64,000 bases of DNA from Candidatus Nomurabacteria bacterium (lineage in GTDB: Bacteria > Patescibacteriota > Minisyncoccia > Phycocordibacterales > CALRBL01), in NCBI GenBank assembly GCA_963834935.1, contig CAWIDS010000001.1:139524-203523 (forward strand), read 5' to 3'. Position 1 is the first letter of the stretch, and the number at the start of each line of letters is the position of its first letter. Under the pieces are notes generated by a model, which saw nothing but the letters and a program-made list of their open reading frames with translations, was not told the DNA's origin and did not search any database. The position numbers and the translations under genes were made by a program. Below are positions 1-11,499 of this stretch, piece after piece.

Positions 1-384
1 CATCCATGTTTGTTCGGCCAACAAAGACGACACCTTTCTCTTTTAATTTTGATATAGCAGTGGCATCATACGATCCCACATAACCCTCGAGGATCTTCGA
101 TGCCGCGCCCACTCGCCTTCCTTTTATGAGGATGTTGTCCTTGATGGCAAACGGGATGCCGATGAGAAAATTATCATTTTCATTGCCTGCCTTGATGCGC
201 TCATCTGCTGCTTCGGCCTGAGCAATGACATCATCGTACACTTCGAGATAGGCATTCACGTCAGCATTCTTTTTCTTTATTTCTTCAAGATATGCCTTCG
301 CAAGATCCACTACAGAATACTCGCCAATCATAAGCGATTCGTGCACTTTTCGTATGGTAAGCGAAGCAAGGTCGATGGCAGTCA
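1..384 (-). CDS. gatA: Glu-tRNA(Gln)/Asp-tRNA(Asn) amidotransferase subunit A, N-terminal part; the gene runs off the window edge
   Basis: My own minus-strand translation from the ATG at 382-384 gives MTAIDLASLTIRKVHESLMIGEYSVVDLAKAYLEEIKKKNADVNAYLEV...GIPFAIKDNILIKGRRVGAASKILEGYVGSYDATAISKLKEKGVVFVGRTNMD, which has an amidase-signature GatA-like N-terminus. It lies directly downstream of gatC. It is absent from the ORF track because the window truncates it. Confidence 0.7.
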
Positions 385-391
385 TATTTAG

Positions 392-658
392 TTAGAGGAT
401 TTTCTTTACCTTGAAATAATCACCTTGTCTGTCGGGCGATGCACTCAGAAGCGTTTCAGTGCAAGCGCCGGAAACATTGGCATCGGAATCCTGGCGGAAA
501 ACATTCCTCAAGGTGTAGTGCGGCATTTCATCCGAAACTTTCACTTCTTGTATCTGGTCGACATATTTCAATATGCCTTCAAATTCCTTCGACAGGCTTG
601 CTTTTTCATCTTCACTGAGGCGTATCCGGGCTAAAGCAGCTAGTTTGTTGACGTCCAT
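392..658 (-). CDS. gatC: Glu-tRNA(Gln) amidotransferase subunit C
   Basis: The 88-aa ORF MDVNKLAALARIRLSEDEKASLSKEFEGILKYVDQI... has a typical GatC length and N-terminal motif. It sits directly upstream of gatA. Confidence 0.8.
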   Translation of the reverse strand: MDVNKLAALARIRLSEDEKASLSKEFEGILKYVDQIQEVKVSDEMPHYTLRNVFRQDSDANVSGACTETLLSASPDRQGDYFKVKKIL

Positions 659-744
659 AAGGTAAGTGTAAGCGGAAATGGATGAAAAGTAAAATCACCA
701 CGAAACGCTTACTCAAAATAAAAGAAAAAGGACATTCGTGGCGA

Positions 745-2772
<2,028 letters not shown>

Positions 2773-2805
2773 TTAACATAACTTCCCAGCCAGTCGGGAA
2801 GTTTT

Positions 2806-3150
2806 TTAATAGGAATATTGAAGCCCTCGCTCAACCCTGCCAGGATTGGACGTGTCACATGTATTGTATCCTCTCGACTGGATAGTAGTGAAATAATGCG
2901 CCAAGGAAACGTTGTAGGTGCGGGTTACCTGGATTATGAAGCTCGGCTTGGTGGGGTCGGTGCAGGAAGTGTTTATGTCGTAAGTAGTGACCGTATTATT
3001 ATTTGAATCCGTGCTTATGCTTCCTTGGACTGTGAAATTATTGCAAGTAATAGGATTAGCCACTTGCGCTGTTCCTTGAGAAGAAAGAGGTGATGTGGCA
3101 TAAAAGCCGTTCGGAAAGTTGGTCGAATCATAACTACCCTTATCTATCAT
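2806..3150 (-). CDS. Pilin-like protein, C-terminal fragment (Thr/Ser/Asn-rich beta-rich part), continuation of 3140..3346 after an apparent +1 frame change
   Basis: The 114-aa ORF has no signal of its own. In its frame a stop lies only 8 codons upstream of the Met, and the composition is like the C-terminal halves of adjacent pilin-like proteins. Confidence 0.45.
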   Translation of the reverse strand: MIDKGSYDSTNFPNGFYATSPLSSQGTAQVANPITCNNFTVQGSISTDSNNNTVTTYDINTSCTDPTKPSFIIQVTRTYNVSLAHYFTTIQSRGYNTCDTSNPGRVERGLQYSY

Positions 3151-3346
3151 AATAGCGGGCGCATTCTATCCCCGTATCTGCATTATAAAAAGCGAATTGC
3201 GATTCCCTTCCAGCTGAAGAAAGGAGGAATTGATCGAGAGTTATAGTAGAAATGGCTAAGCTGATGGAAAGGAGGAGAGACACGATGAGCGAAGCAAAAA
3301 GGAGCGTGAATGCCTTGTTCTTTCTCATTGAGGATATTTTTTTCAT
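3140..3346 (-). CDS. Pilin-like protein, N-terminal fragment (class III signal-like KNKAFTLLF hydrophobic segment with no Glu at +5, GspK/PilX-like); apparently one gene with 2806..3150 broken by a frameshift
   Basis: The 68-aa ORF MKKISSMRKNKAFTLLFASLIVSLLLSISLAISTI stops at 3140. Frames overlap for about 25 nt with the next ORF, and the sum is about 182 aa, the same size as neighbouring pseudopilins. Confidence 0.5.
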   Translation of the reverse strand: MKKISSMRKNKAFTLLFASLIVSLLLSISLAISTITLDQFLLSSAGRESQFAFYNADTGIECARYYDR

Positions 3347-3347
3347 G

Positions 3348-3908
3348 CTAGTAGATATTAAAGATATTCTCTCCCAGGCTGAAAGTCTTAGTAATGTTGT
3401 TGGTCTGCCAGCTCATGACTACCTTTACCTGATATTCATTAAGATTTATCTGGGTCATGGTTATGATGCGGGTGAAAGGAGTAAGGGTGTTCCCGTTGGA
3501 ACTGGCGACATATTTGCCTGTCGGATCCGTATAAAGGACGCAGTTTGACGCCGCAGCGCAGCCCGCGGGAAGGACTGGATTGTAGCGAGTAGAAGAAGTC
3601 ATGACGTTGTCGGCACTGAACTCGCACCCGACATTCGAAAGCGATATATTAGTGCAGCTTGAAACGTCATTGATGAACTGGCTCCACCCCTTGCCATTGA
3701 TCGCATAATCATCTCTTAAAAATCTGATGTAATCGATGCCTTCTTGGGCAAGATAATAGGCAGTCACTTGATCGCGGGCAAAGGCTGCATTCTGTATTCC
3801 CTTGGAAACGATAGAAAGAGGGCCGAGGATTGCAAGCATGAGAATGGAGATGGCGACCATCGTCTCGATCAAAGTGAAAGCTTTATTTTTTAAGGGGTTT
3901 TTTTTCAT
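3348..3908 (-). CDS. Type IV pilin-like / pseudopilin (prepilin N-terminal cleavage-methylation domain)
   Basis: The N-terminus MKKNPLKNKA|FTLIETMVAISIL matches the class III signal (Ala at -1, Phe at +1, Glu at +5). 186 aa. Confidence 0.8.
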   Translation of the reverse strand: MKKNPLKNKAFTLIETMVAISILMLAILGPLSIVSKGIQNAAFARDQVTAYYLAQEGIDYIRFLRDDYAINGKGWSQFINDVSSCTNISLSNVGCEFSADNVMTSSTRYNPVLPAGCAAASNCVLYTDPTGKYVASSNGNTLTPFTRIITMTQINLNEYQVKVVMSWQTNNITKTFSLGENIFNIY

Positions 3909-3911
3909 ATG

Positions 3912-4469
3912 TTAATCGGTATCAAGGACGCGCTGGGTGATCATAGTCTCAATGTTGAATTTCGAAAGAGTCTTGCCGCTTCCCGCGCTTCCCCGTATCT
4001 GGAGCAATATCGCCGGCTGGCCGTCCTTGGTTCCTCCGCCGGTGAGGATTATATTGAAATTAGAGATATTCACTTCCGGGCCAGTAATATTTCCAGCCAC
4101 AGGAACAAAGGGAGTCCCTTGTTTCAGCGAGAGGATAGACCTGCTAATAGATTGGACTGATCCCTGAGTGGTAAGCGCATAAGTTAGAACATTGCCGTTC
4201 GAATCGGTGAAGGTAATGCTGTTACCCGAACCGCTCGTCATTCCGTTTATGGAATAATTCGTTCCAGTACGGATGTCTCGCACGATGCTCTCGACGGATG
4301 AATTGACATTATTGATCACTGAACTCAACGCCTCAGCCTTGTTGTCAGCATCCACAGCGCTCAATACGGAGCCGATGGAAATGACCATGACGATGACGAA
4401 GATGCTTACCGCCACCATTATCTCTATCAATGTGAATCCTTTCCCTTTCATGTCTGAATTATACATCAT
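3912..4469 (-). CDS. Type IV pilin-like / pseudopilin (GspH/FimT-like size)
   Basis: ...MKGKG|FTLIEIMVAVSIFVI is a prepilin motif. The true start may be the internal MKGKG at about 4451. Confidence 0.8.
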   Translation of the reverse strand: MMYNSDMKGKGFTLIEIMVAVSIFVIVMVISIGSVLSAVDADNKAEALSSVINNVNSSVESIVRDIRTGTNYSINGMTSGSGNSITFTDSNGNVLTYALTTQGSVQSISRSILSLKQGTPFVPVAGNITGPEVNISNFNIILTGGGTKDGQPAILLQIRGSAGSGKTLSKFNIETMITQRVLDTD

Positions 4470-5095
4470 TGCACGGAGATTACGCCTGTATTTGTCACCT
4501 CGACTACCTTCGTCCTGTCGCCGAGAGCTGATTGGATCGTAATATCTGCCTTGACCCTCTTGTAACTGGAAGACGGCGCCGCCGAGTCGATGATCGACGC
4601 CTCAGGACGAGGACGCAGGAAAGTGACGTCTATCTGCGAAAGCGCGGATGAATTGGAAGTATCAAGACATCTGGTTATCGAGCTTCCATCAGTAGTGCAG
4701 ACGCTTTTTATGACATTTCCCGCAGACATGGTGAAATGAGTAATATAAGGACCATCGTCAGTGGGATTGTAAATACCGTCAGGAACGCCGCCCGATGGCG
4801 GCAGATCCGAGAAGAAATAAAAAGAGATGACATTATTGCTATCCTTCTGGAAATCGATGCCGTATCCGTTCGCATAGCCCAAGCTGTCATCATTTCCTTT
4901 AACAAGAATTCCGTATGACTGAGCCTGCCGTATCTCAAGCGCTATTTCATAGGCGGCATTCGTGAGGGCGCTATTGCTCGAGAAACGATTCTGATTAAAG
5001 ATAAAAACAGAAGTAATGATGATAAATATGGCCAGTACGACCAAAAGCTCGATAAGAGAGAAACCGCGAGAGACAATATGCTTCTTCATTACCAA
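4466..5095 (-). CDS. Type IV pilin-like / pseudopilin
   Basis: MVMKKHIVSRG|FSLIELLVVLAIFII is a prepilin peptidase site with Glu at +5. 209 aa. Confidence 0.8.
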   Translation of the reverse strand: MVMKKHIVSRGFSLIELLVVLAIFIIITSVFIFNQNRFSSNSALTNAAYEIALEIRQAQSYGILVKGNDDSLGYANGYGIDFQKDSNNVISFYFFSDLPPSGGVPDGIYNPTDDGPYITHFTMSAGNVIKSVCTTDGSSITRCLDTSNSSALSQIDVTFLRPRPEASIIDSAAPSSSYKRVKADITIQSALGDRTKVVEVTNTGVISVQ

Positions 5096-5119
5096 TATTA
5101 TACTAGAAAGGAAACCTGC

Positions 5120-5914
5120 TTACCACAGGGAAAGGAATGCATTGATGCTGAAGATATCAATATGTATGAGATAAGCGATGAGCAAGCCGAGGACGAGGAA
5201 TGGCGCAAAAGGCACTTCGCTCTTCCACGTGAGATGTTTTCTTTCCTTGAGCGATTTCTGAATGAGAAGGATGGCGACGCTGACTGCCGCTCCGATCCAG
5301 AATGCGAGACAGACTGCCGACAACGCTGATGCCAAGCCAAGAAACCAGCCTATGCCCAAAGCGAGCTTCGAATCGCCGAGTCCCATCCACCTGCCTTTCG
5401 AGAAGAGCCAGAAAAGAAAAAATGGCAAGGCAATGATCGGCCCTGCAAACAGGTCGAAGACGTGCGGATAAGAAAGAAGCTGCCATTGATAGAGAAGAAT
5501 CAGGCGCGCAAGGGCGAAAAAACCGAACAGGAATGAAAAGAGGTCTGGTATGACTGTATGGCGAAGGTCATAGACAATGATAATCACAAGCAGTGAGAAG
5601 CAGATGAGCGTCAACAAAAGCGAAAGTGGATTGGACTCAAGGAAAGCAGCGAGAGCGAAAAGAAGAGCCGTGCCTATCTCGACCAAAGGATACTGGATCG
5701 AGATGGCGCTCTTGCATGAAGAGCATTTTCCCTGCAGGAAAAGGAAGCTGAAGACCGGCACCAGCTCATGCCACTTGAGCTGCTTGCCGCAGGAGAAGCA
5801 TCCTGACCTGCCGTTGATGCTTTTGCCGGTATTGAAACGGAGAATAACCACGTTGAGGAAGCTTCCGACAATCAGGCCGAGCATTCCGAAGACAAAGATG
5901 ATGAAAGGGTTCAT
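5120..5914 (-). CDS. pilD: Prepilin peptidase (A24 family, PilD/ComC-like) with N-terminal Zn-finger
   Basis: 264 aa and polytopic. It carries CFSCGKQL...CSSCKS (tetra-Cys) and GLGDSKL (the GGGDVKL-like catalytic region). It is embedded among the pilin genes. Confidence 0.85.
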   Translation of the reverse strand: MNPFIIFVFGMLGLIVGSFLNVVILRFNTGKSINGRSGCFSCGKQLKWHELVPVFSFLFLQGKCSSCKSAISIQYPLVEIGTALLFALAAFLESNPLSLLLTLICFSLLVIIIVYDLRHTVIPDLFSFLFGFFALARLILLYQWQLLSYPHVFDLFAGPIIALPFFLFWLFSKGRWMGLGDSKLALGIGWFLGLASALSAVCLAFWIGAAVSVAILLIQKSLKERKHLTWKSEVPFAPFLVLGLLIAYLIHIDIFSINAFLSLW

Positions 5915-5926
5915 GTTAAAAGGTTA

Positions 5927-6400
5927 TTAATAAGTTCCGCCGACGGCGTCGAATGTGGTGGCTTTCGTGCCGTCACATGGATCATTGGAGTCGAAAGGTT
6001 TCTTTCCAGCCTTGCCTTGGCCGTTATAAGCATATTCAAGGGTAGCACAGAGATGAAATCCGGCTTTTGACAGCGGATTGCCGGTGTTCGGATTGTAGTA
6101 GAGATATGAAGCCCCTGTCGAAGGATCAGTGGGTATGGAAGTGATGATAGTGTTTCCAGTGCAATCCATATTGGTAAAAGAAGAAAGATCCTTTCCTGTA
6201 TCGGAAGGCGGATAGGTAGAGCAGGAATCAAAATAATTCTCCATAGCTCCTTGAAGCTCTTTGATATCGGCAAGGCGCTTGCTGTCCCTGCCCTCCGCCC
6301 GGGCGACATTGAGGCCGCCGATGACGATTGCTGAAAGTATTCCAATGATGGCAATAGTGACCATTATTTCCACGAGACTGAAAGCCTTATTCTTTTTCAT
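5927..6400 (-). CDS. Type IV pilin (minor pilin, disulfide-containing C-terminal domain)
   Basis: MKKNKA|FSLVEIMVTIAIIGILSAIV. The track ORF starts at 6430, but its first 10 codons overlap the upstream terminator, so I call the start at the MKKNK Met (about 6400). Confidence 0.8.
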   Translation of the reverse strand: MKKNKAFSLVEIMVTIAIIGILSAIVIGGLNVARAEGRDSKRLADIKELQGAMENYFDSCSTYPPSDTGKDLSSFTNMDCTGNTIITSIPTDPSTGASYLYYNPNTGNPLSKAGFHLCATLEYAYNGQGKAGKKPFDSNDPCDGTKATTFDAVGGTY

Positions 6401-6422
6401 TTGAGAACAGTATATCAAGTAA

Positions 6423-6455
6423 TCAAACAAAAACCACCCAAGCGGGCGGTTTTTG
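6423..6455 (-). terminator. Rho-independent terminator downstream of the major pilin gene
   Basis: On the minus-strand RNA, AACCGCCC-GCUU-GGGUGGUU is an 8-bp stem with one G-U pair, followed by UUUUGUUUG. On the plus strand the same stem has an A-C mismatch, so it is directional. Confidence 0.65.
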
Positions 6456-6479
6456 TCATGTCAGAAAGTGATTTCTAGA

Positions 6480-6974
6480 CTATTGGCATACTCCTCCAGC
6501 GACGACGCTGTCAGCATAAGCCTGAGTAGCGGCTGGGGTTCCGTAAGTCTCAACCTGAGACTTACCGCTGCTGTCTACGCACCAGAAGCCTGTTGTCGAT
6601 GTCTTCAACTGTGCAGTGGCAGCCCATGCTCCTGTTGAGCCTGTCGTGTTCATACATGAAGTGATTCCACCTCCAGCAGATTTAGCTGCTGCGATCTGAT
6701 TTGCCATAGTAGTATCAAGGGCAAATATAGTATTAGCAGTAGCACAGCTCGTTTCTCCAGCTGTTGCAGCTGCTGTACCGTAGTTGTTGTTAGTATCGTA
6801 ATAAATAGCGGCTTCAGCTCGCGAGTTGTCGAGGTTGGACTTCACAGCGGCATCTCCTCCTTTCGCTCGGGCGGTGTTAAGGCTGGCAAGAACGACAGAT
6901 GACAGGATACCGATGATTGCGATGACCACCAAGAGTTCGATAAGGGTGAAACCTTTGTTTGAATTTTTTTTCAT
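6480..6974 (-). CDS. pilA: Major type IV pilin (PilA-like)
   Basis: MKKNSNKG|FTLIELLVVIAIIGILSSVVLASLNTARAKG is a textbook type IVa pilin N-terminus. The C-terminal domain is Ala/Thr-rich with 4 Cys. The gene is flanked by its own promoter and terminator. The track ORF, extended upstream to 7043, is probably an over-extension. Confidence 0.85.
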   Translation of the reverse strand: MKKNSNKGFTLIELLVVIAIIGILSSVVLASLNTARAKGGDAAVKSNLDNSRAEAAIYYDTNNNYGTAAATAGETSCATANTIFALDTTMANQIAAAKSAGGGITSCMNTTGSTGAWAATAQLKTSTTGFWCVDSSGKSQVETYGTPAATQAYADSVVAGGVCQ

Positions 6975-7011
6975 TGTTAATGTTAAAACTATTAAAATCT
7001 TCTGTACCGAT

Positions 7012-7019
7012 ATTATACA
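7012..7019 (-). promoter_or_regulatory. Extended -10 promoter element (TGTATAAT) for pilA
   Basis: The minus strand reads ...TTGATTtcggaatatgccTGTATAATatcgg... about 38 nt upstream of the pilA ATG, inside the pilC-pilA intergenic region. Confidence 0.45.
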
Positions 7020-7067
7020 GGCATATTCCGAAATCAACAACAAGCATGTGGATAAGTCTCCGAAGGG

Positions 7068-8279
7068 CTATATCGCCGAGCTGATGTTGTAAATCGGAAT
7101 AAGCACGGAAGCTAGGAGAAAAGCCACGCCAAGGCCGAGCACTACGATCATGACTGGCTCGATAAGGTCCACGAGGGTATCGACGGCATTGACCACCTCC
7201 CTTTGGTAGAATTTGGCGAGCGTGTCGAGGATATTGCCGAGCTGCGCCGTCTCTTCCCCGATCTTTATCATCTGTATCATGATTCCTGGAATATAATCGC
7301 GGTGCTTTGCCAAGGAATCGGAGAGTGATGTTCCTGTCTTTACCCGCTCCCCCACTTCATTAAGGATATTCTGATAGATAACATTGTCGACGACCGCTGC
7401 CGTAAGCTCGATCACCTTAATCATCGGTATGCCGCTTTGAAGCATGGTATTCATGTTGTCGGCGAAGCGCGAGAGATAGAGCTTACGATAAAGGCTTCCG
7501 ACATACGGGATCTTCAGCTTGAGCGAAGAAAAGAATAAGGTTCCTTCATCTTTCCTTGCCCAGCGATAGATGAAAAACCCTAGGATTACCAAGGCAACAA
7601 GGACGAAAGCTCCGTAGTGAATCAGGATATTGCTCATGTCCACCACTATCTGCGTGTAGATAGGGATCTTTTGGCCTGCATCAGTCAGAATGCCACTAAT
7701 GCGCGGAATAACCAAAGTAAGCATCAGTATCATGACAGTAAAGAACGTGCCGATGACAAATGCAGGATAGATGAGAGCGTTCTTGGCCTTGGAAGATACG
7801 GCATAGTTGCGATCGAGATAGTCAGCCAGATAGCCGAAGGTCTGGTCAAGCTTGCCTGATTCCTCGCCAGACTTGACCATGTTCACGTAGAAAGAAGAGA
7901 AGATTTTAGGATGCTTGGACAGCGCCCTCGAGATGCTGCTTCCAGATTGGATGTCGTCCGATACTTCAGCCAAGCTCCTTCGAAGCATAGGGTTGTCGCT
8001 TTCAGCCGCGATCAGCCGGAATATGCGAAGCGCCGATACCTGCGCCCCGAACAAAGTGGCCATCTGCCTCGAGAGGATGACGACCTCCTTGTTCGATACG
8101 TGCTCAAGGAAAGTAAGATTTGAATTCAGGCCTGTGCCGCCGCGGTCGCTTTGCTTTATGGACGAGATGATAAGTCCTCTTCTTTGGAGAGAGTTGATGG
8201 CTACATCAACATTGACCGCATCGATCGATGCTGATTTCTCGATTCCGTCCTTGTCGATTGCAGTGTAGTTAAAAAGCAT
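7068..8279 (-). CDS. pilC: Type IV pilus inner-membrane platform protein (GspF/PilC family)
   Basis: 403 aa, with the two-repeat T2SS-F architecture and 3 TM segments. Confidence 0.85.
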   Translation of the reverse strand: MLFNYTAIDKDGIEKSASIDAVNVDVAINSLQRRGLIISSIKQSDRGGTGLNSNLTFLEHVSNKEVVILSRQMATLFGAQVSALRIFRLIAAESDNPMLRRSLAEVSDDIQSGSSISRALSKHPKIFSSFYVNMVKSGEESGKLDQTFGYLADYLDRNYAVSSKAKNALIYPAFVIGTFFTVMILMLTLVIPRISGILTDAGQKIPIYTQIVVDMSNILIHYGAFVLVALVILGFFIYRWARKDEGTLFFSSLKLKIPYVGSLYRKLYLSRFADNMNTMLQSGIPMIKVIELTAAVVDNVIYQNILNEVGERVKTGTSLSDSLAKHRDYIPGIMIQMIKIGEETAQLGNILDTLAKFYQREVVNAVDTLVDLIEPVMIVVLGLGVAFLLASVLIPIYNISSAI

Positions 8280-8292
8280 TGGTTATTTGTGA

Positions 8293-9363
8293 TTAAAGCA
8301 TCTTTTCTAGGATCTTGGAATTGCTCGAGTGAAGGTAGGCATTCTCGAGGGTGATTTCCCCTTTGCGCACGAGCTCGGCAAGCATGCGATTCATGTCGAT
8401 CATTCCGGATTCGGTACCTGTCTCGATGACAGTATTGATCTCGTGAGTGCGCTTCTCGCGGATGAGGTTTGCAACGGCATTATTAACGATCAAAAGCTCA
8501 TAGACCGGGATGAGTCCGCCCGATATGCGCGACACCAGGCGCTGCGAGAAGACGCCAATCAGGCTTCCTGAAAGCTGCACGCGGATCTGATCCTGCTGAT
8601 TAGGAGGAAATGAGTCGATGATGCGGTCGATGGTCTGGGCGGCATTATTGGTGTGAAGGGTCGAGAAGACAAGGTGCCCAGTCTCCGCTGCTGTCACAGC
8701 TGATGCCATGGTTTCAGGATCACGCATCTCTCCGACCAATATCACATTGACGTCTTGGCGCAAGACATTGATGAGGCCGGTATAAAAGTTGACGGTATCC
8801 AATCGAACCTCCCTCTGATCGATGATTGATTTCTTCTGGTCGTAAACATATTCAATCGGATCCTCGATAGTGATGATGTGCTCGGCTCGCGATCGGTTGA
8901 TGAGCTCGATTATGGCGGCAAGCGTCGTAGATTTTCCCTGTCCGACAGGTCCCACTACCAAGAAAAATCCCTGCTTCTTTGCCGCAAAGACTTCCAAGAT
9001 TGGAGGAAGTCCCAGTTCCTGAAGTCCCCTGATTTCCTTTTGGATCAGCCTCAACGCGATACTGATCAATCCCTGCTGAAAATAAGCATTTCCTCGGAAA
9101 CGGCCGTTCAATCCTTCGGTGGTATATGAAAAATCGATCTCTTTATTCTTGATGAAAAGCTCCTTGCTAGCGGGAGTAAGCAAGATATCCAGGAAAGCCT
9201 TGACATGATCATGAGTAAGAACCTCCTTGCTCACTAAAGGGATGAGCTCTGTGGCGACCCTGATTGCCGGATATCTCCCTTCTGATATATGGAGATCTGA
9301 CCCTCCTTCCTTCACTACGGTAAAAATAAGGTCCTTGAGCTTTTCTTCGTAATTGTTCTGCAT
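8293..9363 (-). CDS. pilT: Type IV pilus retraction ATPase PilT
   Basis: 356 aa. It has the Walker A motif GPVGQGKSTT, Asp/His boxes and PilT size, and is separate from the longer PilB paralogue. Confidence 0.85.
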   Translation of the reverse strand: MQNNYEEKLKDLIFTVVKEGGSDLHISEGRYPAIRVATELIPLVSKEVLTHDHVKAFLDILLTPASKELFIKNKEIDFSYTTEGLNGRFRGNAYFQQGLISIALRLIQKEIRGLQELGLPPILEVFAAKKQGFFLVVGPVGQGKSTTLAAIIELINRSRAEHIITIEDPIEYVYDQKKSIIDQREVRLDTVNFYTGLINVLRQDVNVILVGEMRDPETMASAVTAAETGHLVFSTLHTNNAAQTIDRIIDSFPPNQQDQIRVQLSGSLIGVFSQRLVSRISGGLIPVYELLIVNNAVANLIREKRTHEINTVIETGTESGMIDMNRMLAELVRKGEITLENAYLHSSNSKILEKML

Positions 9364-9364
9364 A

Positions 9365-9766
9365 TTATTTCATTTTGCTTTTCTCTGCGACAATCCTCTC
9401 CACTTCAGCTACCACTTCGGAAGGGATGCTTGTGGCCTTGATAATGTAACCATCCACCTTCAGCGACTCTGCCTTCTCGATATCGCTTACTTGGCCTTGA
9501 TTGGTGAGCATGATAACGATTGCCTTAGGCAAAAGCTTCTCTCCCCTCATATTCGAAAGGAAAGTCAGTCCGTCCACCTGGGGCATGACTACGTCAAGGA
9601 GAATGATATCAGGTACGAAGCCTCCTTTTATCTGCTGCATGGCATCGGCGCCGTCATGGGCAGTGAAAACTTCATAGCCTTTCGTCTTGAACTTGATCGA
9701 ATACATGTCGAGCAGGAATTTGTCGTCATCGATCAGGAATATTTTTAGATTATTTTTATTTTCCAT
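9365..9766 (-). CDS. Single-domain response regulator (CheY-like receiver, PilH/PilG-like)
   Basis: 133 aa, with LIDDD...DIILLDVVMP (phospho-acceptor Asp) and a conserved Lys region. It sits between pilB and pilT. Confidence 0.8.
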   Translation of the reverse strand: MENKNNLKIFLIDDDKFLLDMYSIKFKTKGYEVFTAHDGADAMQQIKGGFVPDIILLDVVMPQVDGLTFLSNMRGEKLLPKAIVIMLTNQGQVSDIEKAESLKVDGYIIKATSIPSEVVAEVERIVAEKSKMK

Positions 9767-9772
9767 TTTATT

Positions 9773-11488
9773 TTAGAGCTTGTTTATTTCCTCGAAAGGA
9801 ATCTTCTTCTCCAATGCTTTTATTATAGCATCTTCCTTCATTGTGAACATTCCCGCCTGGCGGACAATAGGCCACATCGCGCTTTCAGTCGGGTTAGCAA
9901 GGATCATCTTCTCCAATTCTCTGGTCATCTCGAATGCCTCGAATACCGCCATTCGTCCGCGCACGCCTTTCGGGCAATCCGGTGTGGGCTCGATGCCGAG
10001 CACCTCGCTTGCAATCGGGATAGCTTTCTTGTATTCATCGGGAATTTCCTGGAACTCCCTGTCGAACATCACCTTGATGCTACCCTCGATAGGAAGATGT
10101 CTTCCCGTGCCTGGGCAAATCTGAGCAACAAGTCGCTGTGCCATAGTAAGGATGAGCGTCGGAGCGATAAGATAGGGATCGACACCCATGTCTATGAGAC
10201 GGGGAATGGCGCCAAGGGCTGTGTTAGTGTGGATCGTCGAAAGCACCAAGTGTCCGGTGAGAGCAGCTTGTATTGCAAGCTGGGCGGTTTCCTTGTCTCG
10301 AATCTCCCCCACCATGATCACGTCAGGGTCCTGTCGAAGGGCAGTTCGAAGACCGGTGGCGAACGTATAGCCGATTTCCGGATGAACTTGTGATTGAGAA
10401 ACGCCCTCGATGTTGTATTCCACTGGATCCTCGAGGGAAAGCACGTTGTACTCTTCCCTGTCTATCTCATTGAGCATGGAGTAAAGCGTGGTTGATTTTC
10501 CGGAACCAGTCGGACCGGTAATCAGGATCAGCCCATAAGGGCGATTGATGGCGCGCCTTATGATATCGAGATTGCGCTTGCTGAGCCCGACTTCGTCGAT
10601 CCTCTTCACTCCTTTTTCCTGATCAAGGATTCGCATCACGATCTTCTCTCCGTAATACGACGGAAATGTCGAGACACGGAAGTCAATCTTCCTTCCCTCG
10701 ATACGTGCGCTGAAGCGGCCGTCCTGCGGTTTCCTTTTCTCGTCGAGCTTCATGTCAGAAAGAATCTTGATGCGGGCGACCACCGCCGGCTGGACTTTTG
10801 TAGGCAAGACGATGCTGGTATTAAGCACTCCGTCCACCCTGAAACGCACCCTGACATTCTCCCTCATCGGCTCGATATGGATATCAGAAGCATTGCCGTC
10901 GAGGCCGTAGTGAAGGATAGTCGCCACCACTTTAGTGACAGGCGCATCCTCGACAATGTTGATGCTGTTGTCCGAGCTGCTTTGCTTCTTTATCGATTGA
11001 AGCTCTACCCCTTCGTCTGAAAATTCAGTTTCGAGGTCAGTGAGGGCTTTGGTCACTTCGCCTGAAAGGCCTTTGTATGATACCAGCACCTTGTCGAAGT
11101 CTTGCTGGGTGATGAGGAACATCTTGAAGGGCATGTGCACGCGCGAAGAGATGAAGTTCAAGGCATCGGCAGCTCCGATATTCTCCGGATCGACGATTCC
11201 CACTTCGAGCACGCCTCCCTGCACATCGATAGGCACGATCTTGTAATAAGTCGCCGACTCTTCAGGAATGTAACTCAGCATCTCGAAAGGAATATCCTTG
11301 TTTTCGAGGCTTCTAAAAGGAAGCGAGTAATAAGAAGCCTTCTGCTTGTAGATCTCAGTCGGATCGATGCCTTTTGCCACAAGGATTTCTTCGAGGCTTT
11401 TGCCTGTCTCGTCTACTTCCTGGCGGATCGAATCAACATCCCCCTCCTTTATTATTCCGTTTTTTGAGAGTGCTGCTAAGAAGCTCAT
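9773..11488 (-). CDS. pilB: Type IV pilus assembly ATPase PilB (GspE family)
   Basis: 571 aa. It has an N-terminal GspII-like domain and the Walker A motif GPTGSGKSTT. There is no tetra-Cys motif. Confidence 0.88.
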   Translation of the reverse strand: MSFLAALSKNGIIKEGDVDSIRQEVDETGKSLEEILVAKGIDPTEIYKQKASYYSLPFRSLENKDIPFEMLSYIPEESATYYKIVPIDVQGGVLEVGIVDPENIGAADALNFISSRVHMPFKMFLITQQDFDKVLVSYKGLSGEVTKALTDLETEFSDEGVELQSIKKQSSSDNSINIVEDAPVTKVVATILHYGLDGNASDIHIEPMRENVRVRFRVDGVLNTSIVLPTKVQPAVVARIKILSDMKLDEKRKPQDGRFSARIEGRKIDFRVSTFPSYYGEKIVMRILDQEKGVKRIDEVGLSKRNLDIIRRAINRPYGLILITGPTGSGKSTTLYSMLNEIDREEYNVLSLEDPVEYNIEGVSQSQVHPEIGYTFATGLRTALRQDPDVIMVGEIRDKETAQLAIQAALTGHLVLSTIHTNTALGAIPRLIDMGVDPYLIAPTLILTMAQRLVAQICPGTGRHLPIEGSIKVMFDREFQEIPDEYKKAIPIASEVLGIEPTPDCPKGVRGRMAVFEAFEMTRELEKMILANPTESAMWPIVRQAGMFTMKEDAIIKALEKKIPFEEINKL

Positions 11489-11499
11489 TTATTTGCGCA

